Assembly: GCA_002104905.1 (NCBI GenBank)
Contig: MCFE01000245.1
Span: 1-64,000 of the forward strand
Reading direction: 5' to 3'
DNA: 64,000 nucleotides
Source: Basidiobolus meristosporus CBS 931.73
Lineage: Eukaryota > Fungi > Basidiobolomycota
Positions 53,096 through 64,000 of this stretch are shown in pieces. Under the pieces are notes generated by a model. The model made no database searches. It was given only the letters and a program-made list of their open reading frames with translations, and was not told where the DNA came from. The translations under genes were made by a program, and so were the position numbers. Position 1 is the first letter of the stretch, and the number at the start of each line of letters is the position of its first letter.

Positions 53096-55317
53096 CTATT
53101 GCATACGGCAGATGGAGTTGTTTTCTTTGGCAAGCTTTGCTAGCATGAGATCCCGCTGTTGTTCTATTGTCTGGACCACGGTTCCTTGCTCGACATAGCT
53201 CTGTAGCTCCGTAATCAATTCCTTCTTCCAATTGAATCTAATGGAGAACACGCCCACAACTGGCTTGTGATCCGATCCATACATTTCCATCAAGCCTTCG
53301 TAGCGAAGGACATCTATTTCCCCGGTCAGGGATTTGTAGAGTATTCGGTCAGTCCACGATGGGATTCTAGCTTTGGGGCTCGAGTCATAAATATGTCTAA
53401 GTGAGGGGGGCATGGAGTCGGAGAGCGACGATTCGGAGCTCATAAACGTTTGCCCGGTGTGTGGGACGTCGAACTTGTATGTAGGCGGGAAAGTAATTGG
53501 CGCCTCCTCGAAATTCGGAAACACCGTTCCCTTCTCCCGTTCCTGAGTAAGTTGGTCGCGATCCAACAAATACTGAAGGGATGTTAGAGACGCACCCGAG
53601 GGTCAGCCTAATATGCGTACTCACTCCGTAATCACCAGAGCTTAGCTTAGCATCGATGGTTCTACGATCTCCTTCCACCCGATAATTCAGGTCGCCCACC
53701 CAGAAAGTATAATCAAACCGGTCGCTCACTGTGACCGGCTTTTGACCTAAATTAGAGCCGTGAGCTTCAATCCCAACCGCACGTTCGTGTCCGACGTACC
53801 TGGGGGATAGGTTTTGTATCCATTTAGTCTAAGTTCTTTGTCTATACGTTTGTAGTCGTAATTTCTATCGGCAACTTTTCCTTGGTGTGCTGGAGGGTTG
53901 TTAGTCGGCGTCCGAACAATCTCTAACACGGTGTGTACTCACCAGTAAAGTGGCTATTTACAAAAAGCAACGAGGTGGTTCCAAACAAGACTGAAATCCC
54001 AACCCCTCCTTTGTTCCCAATCACACCACCAATACCTGTCGCTACCTGAGCCGAGTGAGTGGCTGAGCATTCGAATATGAATGGTTACTAACGGCCGAAT
54101 AGGTTCCTGTAGCGAATCCACCATACCTTTGATCCAATGCCTACAATCTCTCCACACGAACACTGCTAGATGCAATGCAGCCATGGTTTCGGATTTTACA
54201 AGCACATACTGGGGACTCAGGAGCTTCACCAGCTGTCTTTCCCACTCTTCCTTGGAAGGAAACAGCACTGACTCTGAGATGGGCCTTTGACATTCTTGGG
54301 TGCCAATGACCAGAAAATGGTATGGGTGCCCCGTCTGGTGACTGAGGTATGGGGTGACGCTAGGAGTTTCCTGGGTGGGTTTCTCGATGAACGGGTCTAA
54401 ATTTTTTGGCGGCGGCTGCGATGGATGGTGGTGAGAAGCCAGGACCAGTGCGCCAAACCAAGGGCACTTACTTTGCCATACATGTTCCAGGTCCCGCAAA
54501 ATATCTTGAGGGAATTCTTGTCGGGTGCTTCGTCGCTGGCATCAAACAAGGTTGAATATCTGTCGGCACTTCGATTTTTGTGTTTGAACACGGATCCCAT
54601 CACTGTGAGAAAGCTCTTGACAGAGCGGGGTAGAGTCGAATGCCGAAACGAAGCAGACTCAGTGTCCAGATCTATCCCCGCATCGTCGTTCATGCTGAAG
54701 TGGCGTCGCCGGGTGCCTCTGGGTGCTGGCAAGGAAGGCCTTCTATCTATATCTGCTCAAGGAGGTTACCATAGGGCTGATCAGCCAACACCACTCACAA
54801 ACTAACCTGCAAGCCTTCTTTTGCGCAAGTGGCGGATTCTTCTGATCCTTTCCCTCTGTCATGCATAATTTCAGTTCTCCAATCTTAAAAACACATTCCC
54901 TCACGCACGCTTTACCTGAACTCTCCAGATCTCTTCCTCTTCATTCCAGCTTGAATCGGACAGATTCGGCTGCTGTGGAAGCTCTCCGAAGGACTGCGAT
55001 CCAAAAGAGCCTCTATAGTACTTTCCAAACTTCCCCCTGATCGACGTGCGCTCGAAAGATGTCCTTTTCCCTTGCTCCGAATCGTTATGCAGGCTTTGGT
55101 CGGTGTCATCCGTCTCGGTGTCGGTATTTCCTCTCTCGCTCTCGCAAGAAGAATGTGTCAGGGACGATTTGTCGGAGCCAGAAGAATTCTCCAAGTCCCC
55201 ATCGCAGCTATCGGTGTCGTTCAGCACGGACGGATTCGATTTGGGGGTTAGGGATGGAGAGAGTATTGAAGCAGTGGTCTCGATGGCAACCCGCACTCCA
55301 TTCCAAAGCGATGTCAT
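53096..55317 (-). CDS. Inositol polyphosphate 5-phosphatase, INPP5E-like, with C-terminal CaaX-like motif
   Basis: GTWNM, LVIGTQEC, GNKGGV, FVNSH, FWVGDLNYR, FPPTYKFD, PSWTDRILY, SDHKPV; ends NNSICRMQ*. Confidence 0.92.
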
Positions 55318-55838
55318 TTACGGTTAAATACGAAATACTGCTCGTATTTGTGCAACTAATCAGGATTTGTGTTTTCGTCAATTTATTCAAGTTGTATTAC
55401 GGGCAAGATGAACTTGATCAGTAAAAGCGTGAATTCGAGAAGCAGCGAAGGTATCAAGGTAATCAAGGTGGCCGCTTGGAGGAACGAAAGAGTTGGATTC
55501 CTGAGGAGAGGATAAACTTGATGACATCGATGGCGCTTGACTTATATAGTCAATGGAAGTCACAAATCCTCCGACAACACTTGATGCACCTTCGGACGGG
55601 TCCCAGTCTGATCAAACATAGGCCAGATCTTGACCAGCTCCTAACCAACTTTATCTCTGCAGCGGAGAATTCCATTAATGAGGTGCATTGTAGGGATTGT
55701 TTCACTTGATATGGCACGAGATACCGCACGGGATACGTCAATGATTGCTTTCAATATTGTGAGGCTAAGTGGGTTTATTTATGAGGCGAAATGCAAAAGT
55801 CTGGTATGATAGAGCGATGTATAGATGAGGATATGGTC

Positions 55839-56902
55839 TTAGGCTTGGTTGAAGATTTTCAACTCCGGAAGAATGCGCGAATCAATGGTGATCACTGGTA
55901 ATTCTTCATTGACATGCTGGAATTCCGCCTCCTCTTCTCTTCCGAGATTGAGATCGTCCTGGCTCAGCTGACGCACCCTGCCTAGGGCAATGTCTACGGA
56001 TTGCTGTCCTGCAAAGTCGACCCACTGGTAATCAGTAAACCATGAATAGACCTTGCGAGGGAAGTTACGCCATCCAATGATGTTGCAAGAAGGCACAAAT
56101 CCAATAGAAGGCAACTCTGGAAGCGTATCTGCCTGAATGGGGGTCTCGGGGACTTGCTCTTGTTCGAAGAGCTCGACTACTTCAATCTTTGGCTCCTCAA
56201 GTATATCTTCTTGCTCAGTGCCTTGAGTCTGAGTCTGACCCTTGCTTGCTTCCTCGCTCTTGGTTTCTTGAGCCTCTACTTCCTCGGGCTCCACCAGCGA
56301 GTCGTAGCTGCCTTTGCTCAGCCCGTTCAGCACTTCAGCATAGGCAACTCTACCAACTGCTATTACCCCATCTGCAAATGGTCTATCCTTGTCGCGACTC
56401 AAAATAGCACCAACAGGATTGACTTCAGGATCGATAGGTGGAGTTGGATTGATACGTTCGCGTCGCAAACGCTTGACCTCAGTACTGACTAATTTCTCGA
56501 CATCCCCGGACTCCTTTCCCTCTTTTACCTCGTAGTCTAGAGCTGCGGCATCCATGATGGGCTGTTGGTTACATTAATGAGTAGGAATTAGCTCGACAAC
56601 TCGTAAAGTCATATAGAAATCGATAAAGCTAAACATACTTTCACGTACTCCTTAAAGAAATATCTCGACTTATGGATACCATCCCCCGCGGGTGGGGCTA
56701 GGTAAACGATGAGCTTACGAGGCATCTCTGAAGTAGCCAGAGGCTCCTTTGCAATGTGCTCAACCTGTTTAACATAGCGTTCACGTGTTTGTTTGGTCAG
56801 ATATTTGTCTCTCTGGATCAGCCCGAGTATACTTCCGGTAACTCCAAAGAAAATCAAGGTTCCTCTGGAGGGGAGCTTTGGCTTTTTAAACCAACTAGAC
56901 AT
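55839..56902 (-). CDS. TIM54: Mitochondrial inner-membrane translocase subunit Tim54
   Basis: KPKLPSRGTLIF, MPRKLIVYLAPP.GDG, FKEYVK|PIMDAAALDYEV, GWRNFPRKVYSWF. Confidence 0.92.
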
Positions 56903-57259
56903 GTCGGATACTGTGAGCGTGAACTACGATGCGCATTCAGTGTCAGTCACCCACAGTTTTCACCAAATTTTCACCAAATCCCATCGAAATTTTTTCCAGC
57001 TCCACCTCTTCGCTGGAAGCCACTGGCACACGAAAGGTGCATAGATCAGTGATTAAATGAGCAGAATCTAAACCAAGCTTCCAAGACGAAGCAGTCATCA
57101 CACGTGCGAATCCCCATGTCTTAAAGGTGAGCGTGAATGCAGTATCCAATAAGAAGTGGGTGAGGAGCAAAAAACTCGGCAAGAATAAAATCACCCGATC
57201 CTGCCAAACACCATTCCTTCTCTTTTTACCAGTTGGTGATTAGCAAGACTTTATCAGCC

Positions 57260-57637
57260 ATGCCTGCCGCCAGACAAACCAAAGCCAAGAAGGTCACTTA
57301 CAAGTTCACCTTGGACTGCAGTGGTCCCGCCAACGACAAGATCTTCGATGCTGCTGCCTTCGAGAAGTTCCTTCACGATCGCATCAAGGTTCAAGGTCGC
57401 ACCAACAACCTTGGTGACATCGTTTCCATCAAGCGCGGTGATGATGCCAAGATCACTGTTGTCTCCACCCAAGCTTTCTCCAAGCGTTACCTTAAGTACC
57501 TTACCAAGAAGTTCTTGAAGAAGCACAACCTTCGTGACTGGCTCCGTGTCATTGCCACCAACAAGACCACCTACGAGCTCAGATACTTCAACATTGCCAA
57601 CCAAGAGGAGGAGGAAGAGGAATCCGATGAGGAATAA
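57260..57637 (+). CDS. RPL22: 60S ribosomal protein eL22
   Basis: [49 protein letters not shown], acidic tail. Confidence 0.97.
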   Translation: MPAARQTKAKKVTYKFTLDCSGPANDKIFDAAAFEKFLHDRIKVQGRTNNLGDIVSIKRGDDAKITVVSTQAFSKRYLKYLTKKFLKKHNLRDWLRVIATNKTTYELRYFNIANQEEEEEESDEE

Positions 57638-57799
57638 GCGTCTCCCCACTAGAATCCCTTTAAAATGTCTTTTAAATATTGACAATAAACTCTTGTAAGT
57701 GTTTGGTCAACCGAGAACCCGTTAATTCGATGGATGCACGGAAAGAGTGTAGATACGTAATTGATTTATTGTTGAGAAATACTTGTGAAATGCATGTGA

Positions 57800-59314
57800 T
57801 TATTCTGAGGCAGGTTGTTCCGAGGGCTTGGCCAGTTTCTTTGCAACAACCTCACGGAGAGAGGCCCATTGGTCAGCAGGCACATAGGACTTAACCTCCT
57901 CCACTGCCTTCTTGGCGTCTTCCAGTCGGCCGCTCTCGGTATAAGTGTCGACCATCATCCCGAGAGTCTGGCTGGTGCATTTACCAAGAGAGTTCAGCTG
58001 CTCAAAGATCACCTTCTTGGCCATCTCTGGCTTCTGAAGAGTATAGCATGTTTGAATCAGGGAAGTGAATACAGCCTCATCAGGAGTGAGGTTGTACTTC
58101 TCCAAGTCTTGATAGTAGTGAATGGCTTGGTTAAGGTTTCCATATCTACCAAATTGAGTGATCAAGTTGGTGAATGTTTGGATATTTGGCCGAGTGCGGG
58201 ATTTTCTCATTTGGGAGAAGATTTCTTTCACCTTGGCCATTTCCTGTGCATTGCCGAAACCAGTGATCAACGTGTTGAATGTTGCGGTGGCTGGACGAAG
58301 CCCGAGTTCAGGGAGGCTATTGTACACCTTCATGGCCGAATCTAAGTCTCCGTTCTGCATGTATCCCTTAATGAGAATGTTGATTGTCACCACATCGGGT
58401 GACACCTCGTATTTTTTCAGATCCTCATTGAATATTTTCTCCATGCTGGTGATATCATTCTGCTTGACATAGCCATTGAGCAAGGAGTTGAATGTCCGTA
58501 TGCTTGGCTTGATCCCGGAGGCGGTCAGCCTGTCAAACATCTTGAGAGCAGACTGCATGTCATCATGATAGACATATCTGGAGATAAATACATTGTGGGC
58601 CACGGGTCCAGTTTTGATGCCGCGCTTCTCCATCTCTACCAAAAGTCCCTTGGCCTCTTCCACCTTATTCGCCTCCAATCTGGAGGTAACCAGCACACCA
58701 AAGGTATTATCATCTGGCTCGTATCCATCGGCAAGAAGTTGTGCGTACATCGCATCAAGTTGCGAAATATTGTTGGTGGATTTACAAATAGCGCCCATAA
58801 CGATATTATAATGGGTGAGAGTGGGCTTGACTTTCGAATCGTTCTTCAGCCTTTCCCACAGCTCGAGTGCGCCCTTGTTGTCTTTATATTTCAGGATATT
58901 TTTAAACAAGTGGCTGTAGTTTTCCTCGGTGTATTCCAGGCCAGATTTGGCTATATCCTCAAACACCTGCTGGGATTTTCTTTTGTCGAAGTATTGAAGC
59001 AGTACGTCGTAATCCTCGCTACTGAAACCCCCTTTCCCGTCGACCCCGTGGTCTTGATAGAGTGTCCAAGCATCACGGAAATGATGGTTGTCAATGGCAC
59101 TGCGTAAATCTTCTTTCCAGTTGAGCCCTTCTGGATTTTGAATGTTGGCGTTAAATACGACATTCGCAGCATATTGAAATGCTCGAAAGTTCACCAGGCT
59201 TCCGGTCCGTGCAAGGTTGAGCTTGGAAAGGTTGTGAGCTAATGCAGAGGCCGGTGTACCACCAATACTGGGATACCTCAAAGGCAGAGCTAACTTGGAG
59301 AGAATGCTATTCAT
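57800..59314 (-). CDS. Mitochondrial pentatricopeptide repeat (PPR) protein
   Basis: About 9-10 tandem 35-aa repeats (e.g. PSIRTFNSLLNGY, PDVVTINILIKGY, PATATFNTLITGF, PNIQTFTNLITQF); basic presequence-like N-terminus from MNSILSK. Confidence 0.92.
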   Translation of the reverse strand: MNSILSKLALPLRYPSIGGTPASALAHNLSKLNLARTGSLVNFRAFQYAANVVFNANIQNPEGLNWKEDLRSAIDNHHFRDAWTLYQDHGVDGKGGFSSEDYDVLLQYFDKRKSQQVFEDIAKSGLEYTEENYSHLFKNILKYKDNKGALELWERLKNDSKVKPTLTHYNIVMGAICKSTNNISQLDAMYAQLLADGYEPDDNTFGVLVTSRLEANKVEEAKGLLVEMEKRGIKTGPVAHNVFISRYVYHDDMQSALKMFDRLTASGIKPSIRTFNSLLNGYVKQNDITSMEKIFNEDLKKYEVSPDVVTINILIKGYMQNGDLDSAMKVYNSLPELGLRPATATFNTLITGFGNAQEMAKVKEIFSQMRKSRTRPNIQTFTNLITQFGRYGNLNQAIHYYQDLEKYNLTPDEAVFTSLIQTCYTLQKPEMAKKVIFEQLNSLGKCTSQTLGMMVDTYTESGRLEDAKKAVEEVKSYVPADQWASLREVVAKKLAKPSEQPASE

Positions 59315-59493
59315 ATTGAACCGAGGCGTTTCCTTGACTATATGTGCATATATATGTAGCGCAACCAAAATTTTTCGAAGTGCCACTCTCGCAATTTCCT
59401 AATACGGTTCACTGCTTTTTTGTTTATTAAGTTGGCTATTGTTGGGTTGGTAGATTAGATGTAAACAAAATTCAATCGAGACAAAATTATTGA

Positions 59494-62048
59494 TTAAAGC
59501 TCTATACTATTTTCGCTGCTATATTCACTCTCGGAACTCTCCGACGATTCACTACTCTCGGAAGATTCGGTGGATAGATCCGACTCAGAAGAGCTACTAC
59601 TCCAAGACATCCTGGACAGCGGAATCACTTCTACTCCGTCCAATTCGACAGGATTGACTTCCATCTCGTCGTATTGGTCTTCGTCCTCGTCCTCGTCTTC
59701 GTCTTCGTCTTCGTTGTTTAGCATCAAGTAGGCATCGCTATTCTCTTGATTAGCTCCGAACATTCGATACGTTGATGCGGCGACAATCAGTGATATGGAT
59801 CCCACCAGAGCAATTATTGGTAGTAAAGTGTTTGTGGACGGTTTGGCCTTCGTAAGGTTGGGGTCTATGGCGGTTTCTGGGACCCCTTCATTCTCCGAAC
59901 GTTCCAAAACTGGCTCATGCTTTGCTCCATAAAAGTCCAGAGTCCAGGAATGCAGTATTCCAACTTTCTCTGGATTGTGGTCATCTATGACAGTAAGGGT
60001 CCAATTACCTACAACAGGCTCATCCCTACAAACTGATTAGCGCAGTGCAGGTACACTTTTAAAGATGGAAGACATTACCAGTGCTGGACAGACATGAAAG
60101 TCCAGTTTTTAAACCCCTGCTCGCTACTGTCGAGCGGTCGACCAGGCGAAAGTACTGAGGTCACATTGTTAGGGGAGGTAAGATAAACCTCCACGTCTCC
60201 ACGCAGTTGGTGCGATATATCAACGGTTACTGTAACATGCTCCAAAAGATTCAGAAGATGGTTTTGGGCCGCTTCGGTCGAAACGGCAAATGTCTGCTTA
60301 ATGCCAGCGCTACTGAACGGAATCGCTTGATCCACTTTCAGTAAGCCGGAGCTATAATGCACCTGTGGTCCAACTGATTCATAACTTTTGGATGCCTCGA
60401 TGAGCTGGTAGGCATCAAGTTTTCCAAAGCCGTATTTGTGATTGAACTTCAGCCCAGAAGTGGTGTTTTTCCAATCGGGGTCATCCAGAGAGAATGGTTG
60501 AGCAGAGCGAACAGTGAGGTGTTGAACATCCCGCCAGTGAAGGTCAGGCCTAACCGACAATACAAGCGCAAACAGCCCAGCGGCTAATGGGGCAGCAGCT
60601 GAGGTGCCTCCGTGCTTATCTGTGCAAACATCACTGCCCACATCCGTAGTAAACTAATTTGAGAACACATTAGCCTGCGATCTCTCGCAACAGGTCGATG
60701 AGATAGTTACAATTCCGCCGCCATTAGCACCACTGCTGTAGGTGACGGCCAGCTGAGCTGAACACTGTTCGGAGTAAAACGGCTGTTGGTCGTTGCGGTC
60801 AATAGCTCCAATCGATACCGTGTATATGCTATTGACGTAACCATCAAAATTACAGTTGTCACTCTCACCACCGTTCCCAGTGGCGAACACAAAGATGCTA
60901 CCCTTTCCATCCCGCCCTTGGGTAACTCCAGAAACCAGAGCATCCTGAATTACCTGGCTGGGTCCGTCCATCGAGATGCCATCGTCAGCAGGCCCCCAGC
61001 TACACGAATAGATGTGGTTTTTCTGGTTCTGGTAAACCAATGCTAGCGCCTCGTCTACATCGCTTATTTCCTCCGAGAGGATTCGGATTCCTAGTAATGC
61101 TCTTTAATCAAACTAACCATGGGGCACTCTGAGTTTTGAGCATCACGTTACCGGCAACCTTGGAGCCGAACGCTACCCCCACTCCACAAACGCTATTATT
61201 GGCGGCGGCGATTTCTCCGGCACATCTTGTTCCATGATAATCGTCTGGCAACCTAGGCTTGGGCACGGCGGAGCGGTCATTGAAGTCGTAGGATCCTTCA
61301 GCAAACTGAAATCACTGGTTAATGCATCAATACACCAAATCGCATGTTTACGGCAGCATCATACATAATTAGTCTTTAGGTCCTCGCTGTCCATATCCAG
61401 CCCATCATCCAACAGTGCAACAACTACATTCTCTCCAAATATTCCTAGAATTCGAAATACTTGTTAATATACGGCGTAAGGAGCGCTGGTTAGAAAGCTG
61501 AATCACCTTGTTGCCACACCTTCAGAACATTCAGGTCGTTTCCTACGTTCTCCGTGTTTTGCTACATAGTTGTTAAATAATTGATGCAAATTTTGTTCTT
61601 AAATTTACTGCAACTCACTAGATGCCATTGTTTTGGGAACCCGGGATCTCGTAGCATAGTTACGTTGAACACCGGCTTATTTGGGACGGTGCTCTGATTT
61701 CGCTGAGGTGGGATGGGGCCTCTCTTGATTCGCCTCCGAAACGATTCTTTGTGGAGGTGCTGAATGTGTTTCGACACGAAACTGTCCCGCTTTTCAAGGG
61801 AACCTTCAAGAACAGGCTAGATTTTTAGGCCCAGAAAATAAATGATAATCACCAAGGCTGCTCAATCTCCCCAAGTATTTAACTCCAAGCTGCTTTGAAA
61901 TCATCTCTGGCGTGGCCGAAGCATGTACCCGAATTGCATAATGATCATTTGCACGGTTGCGATTGGTATACCAAGCGGGTAGAGAACCCTCAGCAACACA
62001 GTACGATGCCAAGACAAACAACAGAAGGGATGCACTTGTTTGCCACAT
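59494..62048 (-). CDS. KEX2: Kexin copy 2; catalytic domain intact, frame disruption in prodomain (possible recent pseudogene or sequence error)
   Basis: Signal peptide [21 protein letters not shown] cleavage site, LLDDG / HGTRCAGE / GNGG / GGTSAAAP, P-domain, TM, acidic tail; frame changes near 61806-61820. Confidence 0.88.
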
Positions 62049-64000
62049 AATAACAATAGACGGCTACCTGGTTATTTCTAAAGCTAATACATAAATAATT
62101 CAAAGACTTCAGGCTAAACTAATTCTATCGCTCCGAAACCTTTCTAGGCGTTATATACAAAGCATTCTAATGGACTTGAGCGATGATTTGTCACATTAAG
62201 AAAATGGAACTTCGAAAATCTCCTTTGTGCTACTATGACGTGACTTGAATTTTGTCACAATAACCCAAGTTGGCTCAAGAGTTAACCACCACCAACGCAA
62301 TCGTTGATTAATGGAACTCCACAGTAGATGCTTGGAAAAGCAAACATCTAGCTAAGACGTATGCAGTCTTAATCAACAGTTATACTCAATTAAGCATTTT
62401 GTTTATATTTGTGATATCCAAGGTCATCATCAACATCCTTGTACACAACTTCCATAGTTTCAACACCTATATATTCATATTCATCATGACTCAAAATTTT
62501 ATATTTGACATCCACCTCACCTTTCATTACTGATGTCAAGACCTGAGGCCAAGCTTTTCCAGAATCAGCGTTGAGACATTGTCCCTGAGATGCTTTCAAC
62601 GCTTGATTCAATATAGTTAGTCTAACCCATACATATGACAAGCAAGTTGAAGCGGCCTGGTCCTCATGTGTGGTATAACCTACTGCTGATAACCCAGAAG
62701 AATCTAGGAAAATCTCGCTTTCAAAGCTCTAACATCCCCCAAAACTTCCGGTCAAATACCCGAGATGAACACCAGCAAAAGTTGCACCTTTCAGTTCTGT
62801 GACACCCATACCCTCCAATGCTTAGCAACATGCAGCAGAGTCGAAATCCCTTCCGATACTACCCAGATTCCCACCATGGTTACAGCCACTCTGGAATGAT
62901 CCCGGAGCTCAGTGGTTTGTAGAACAAAACCAAGGCGCATCTGGATTGTTGAAAGCCATAGAACATCTGTCAAACACCACTCTGCTGCATTGCGCAGTGT
63001 CGCAGGATTGTAAACTCGTATGTTAGCACCAACCCATCAAGGAATATTGATGGAGGCAGACACGATGCATTACGGATACTAGTTGAGAAGTGGAGGTAGC
63101 AATTGGTATCACACCATTACTACTATTTGTGGCAATCTCATTGTTGATAACAAGGCTTAAAGCTCCAAAACTTGTAATGGATGGTGAGTTGATGAGATGA
63201 TGATAAACGCTTGGCAGGATTCTTAAACTCTTATTATTTCCCAGTTGCATCGGGGTATTGAATGCTAGAAGGAGTAGATTCGTCAATCATGGACAATTAT
63301 GTTAACTCTCGCTCATCAAATATTTTCCTAGTAGCACCAATTTATCCATTCATTTAAGCCGCGTTTATGTTTTATCTTATTTCTGAGCCAACAGGATGAA
63401 GCAAAGTGGATTCCGACTGTTCTTCCAAAGCATGTTATTGCCCAGGATAGCGCAACATACCTGTGGTGACTTATTGAGTTGCTGCGTGTTTGTTACATTC
63501 CCGGTCATATGCCTGATTGCTTTGATATGATGGCGGGAGAATTTCATCACGGATACTCTCCGGTCACAATCAGCCAAGTCTTCATAGCGTAGCATTAGTA
63601 ATGCGGAAAGGTTCAAGAAGATCCAAGCTATTTTGGATACACAACCTGTACTTAAGCCCAGAATATCCATAATAATGGAAATCTATGGCTGTAGGCCGCA
63701 TACATCAGGACTGTGCACCTTTTTTGGGTAAACTCTTAATGACTTTTTGCATAGAATAGCGTCTCCCTATAGCGCCATCTACTATTTCCTAGTCTATTAA
63801 CTACGTCTGGACTGGATGCACAAATCAGGCAAAGAGAGGGTTCGCATCGTTGTCTTAATAAATGCCATTAGGAGTGCGCAATGATTGATTGTTCCACTTG
63901 GGCAAACAACAACAGTAAACGTTGATGCTAAGCATAGAGCTCTCCTCAGAACAGCCACTGTCCGCTGCCGATGGACATGCTGATCTGTTCTGGGTAGATC

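Noticed and set aside
55476-55741. Small ORFs between the 5-phosphatase start and TIM54 end
   Set aside because: No homology recognised; they fall in expected promoter/terminator space.
57109-57232. Possible 5' UTR intron and tiny uORF (ATG TCT TAA) before RPL22
   Set aside because: Donor and acceptor are plausible but unverifiable without transcripts; also overlaps the TIM54 divergent promoter.
57254-57685. 143-aa antisense ORF over RPL22 (and similar antisense ORFs over MCM7, MCM2, PPR, IDH2, ADK1)
   Set aside because: Codon-bias shadows of well-supported sense genes.

Overview
Eukaryotic, intron-rich, gene-dense fungal genomic DNA (GT-AG introns mostly 45-90 nt, CTAAC/CTAAT-type branch points). 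Gene content (GDP-mannose 4,6-dehydratase, SLC41 Mg2+ transporter, INPP5E-like phosphatase, complex I subunit NUXM, CCDC137) suggests an early-diverging fungus (Zoopagomycota/Mucoromycota-like); this placement is inference. About 27 protein-coding genes are recognisable, in order: gmd (3' part), a histone-fold-like hypothetical protein, IDH2, SLC41, a GYF protein, capping protein beta, four tandem YdfG-type SDRs, a cytidine deaminase, a DEDDh RNA exonuclease, CCDC137, mitochondrial EF-Tu, adenylate kinase, CBP3, NUXM, CDC50, a forkhead TF, kexin 1, MCM7, MCM2, a divergent LUC7, a short KDM5, an INPP5E-like 5-phosphatase, TIM54, RPL22, a PPR protein and kexin 2. I saw no tRNA, rRNA, CRISPR array or intact mobile element. 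The most notable observation is a BED-type zinc finger ORF that canonical splice sites join in frame to an intact cytidine deaminase (7 exons, 248 aa predicted). Other notable points: patchy gene conversion and a mitochondrial-targeted member in the SDR array, a tandem MCM7-MCM2 pair, and an inverted kexin pair whose second copy has a prodomain frame disruption. Exon boundaries were read by eye, so coordinates, especially starts, are approximate.
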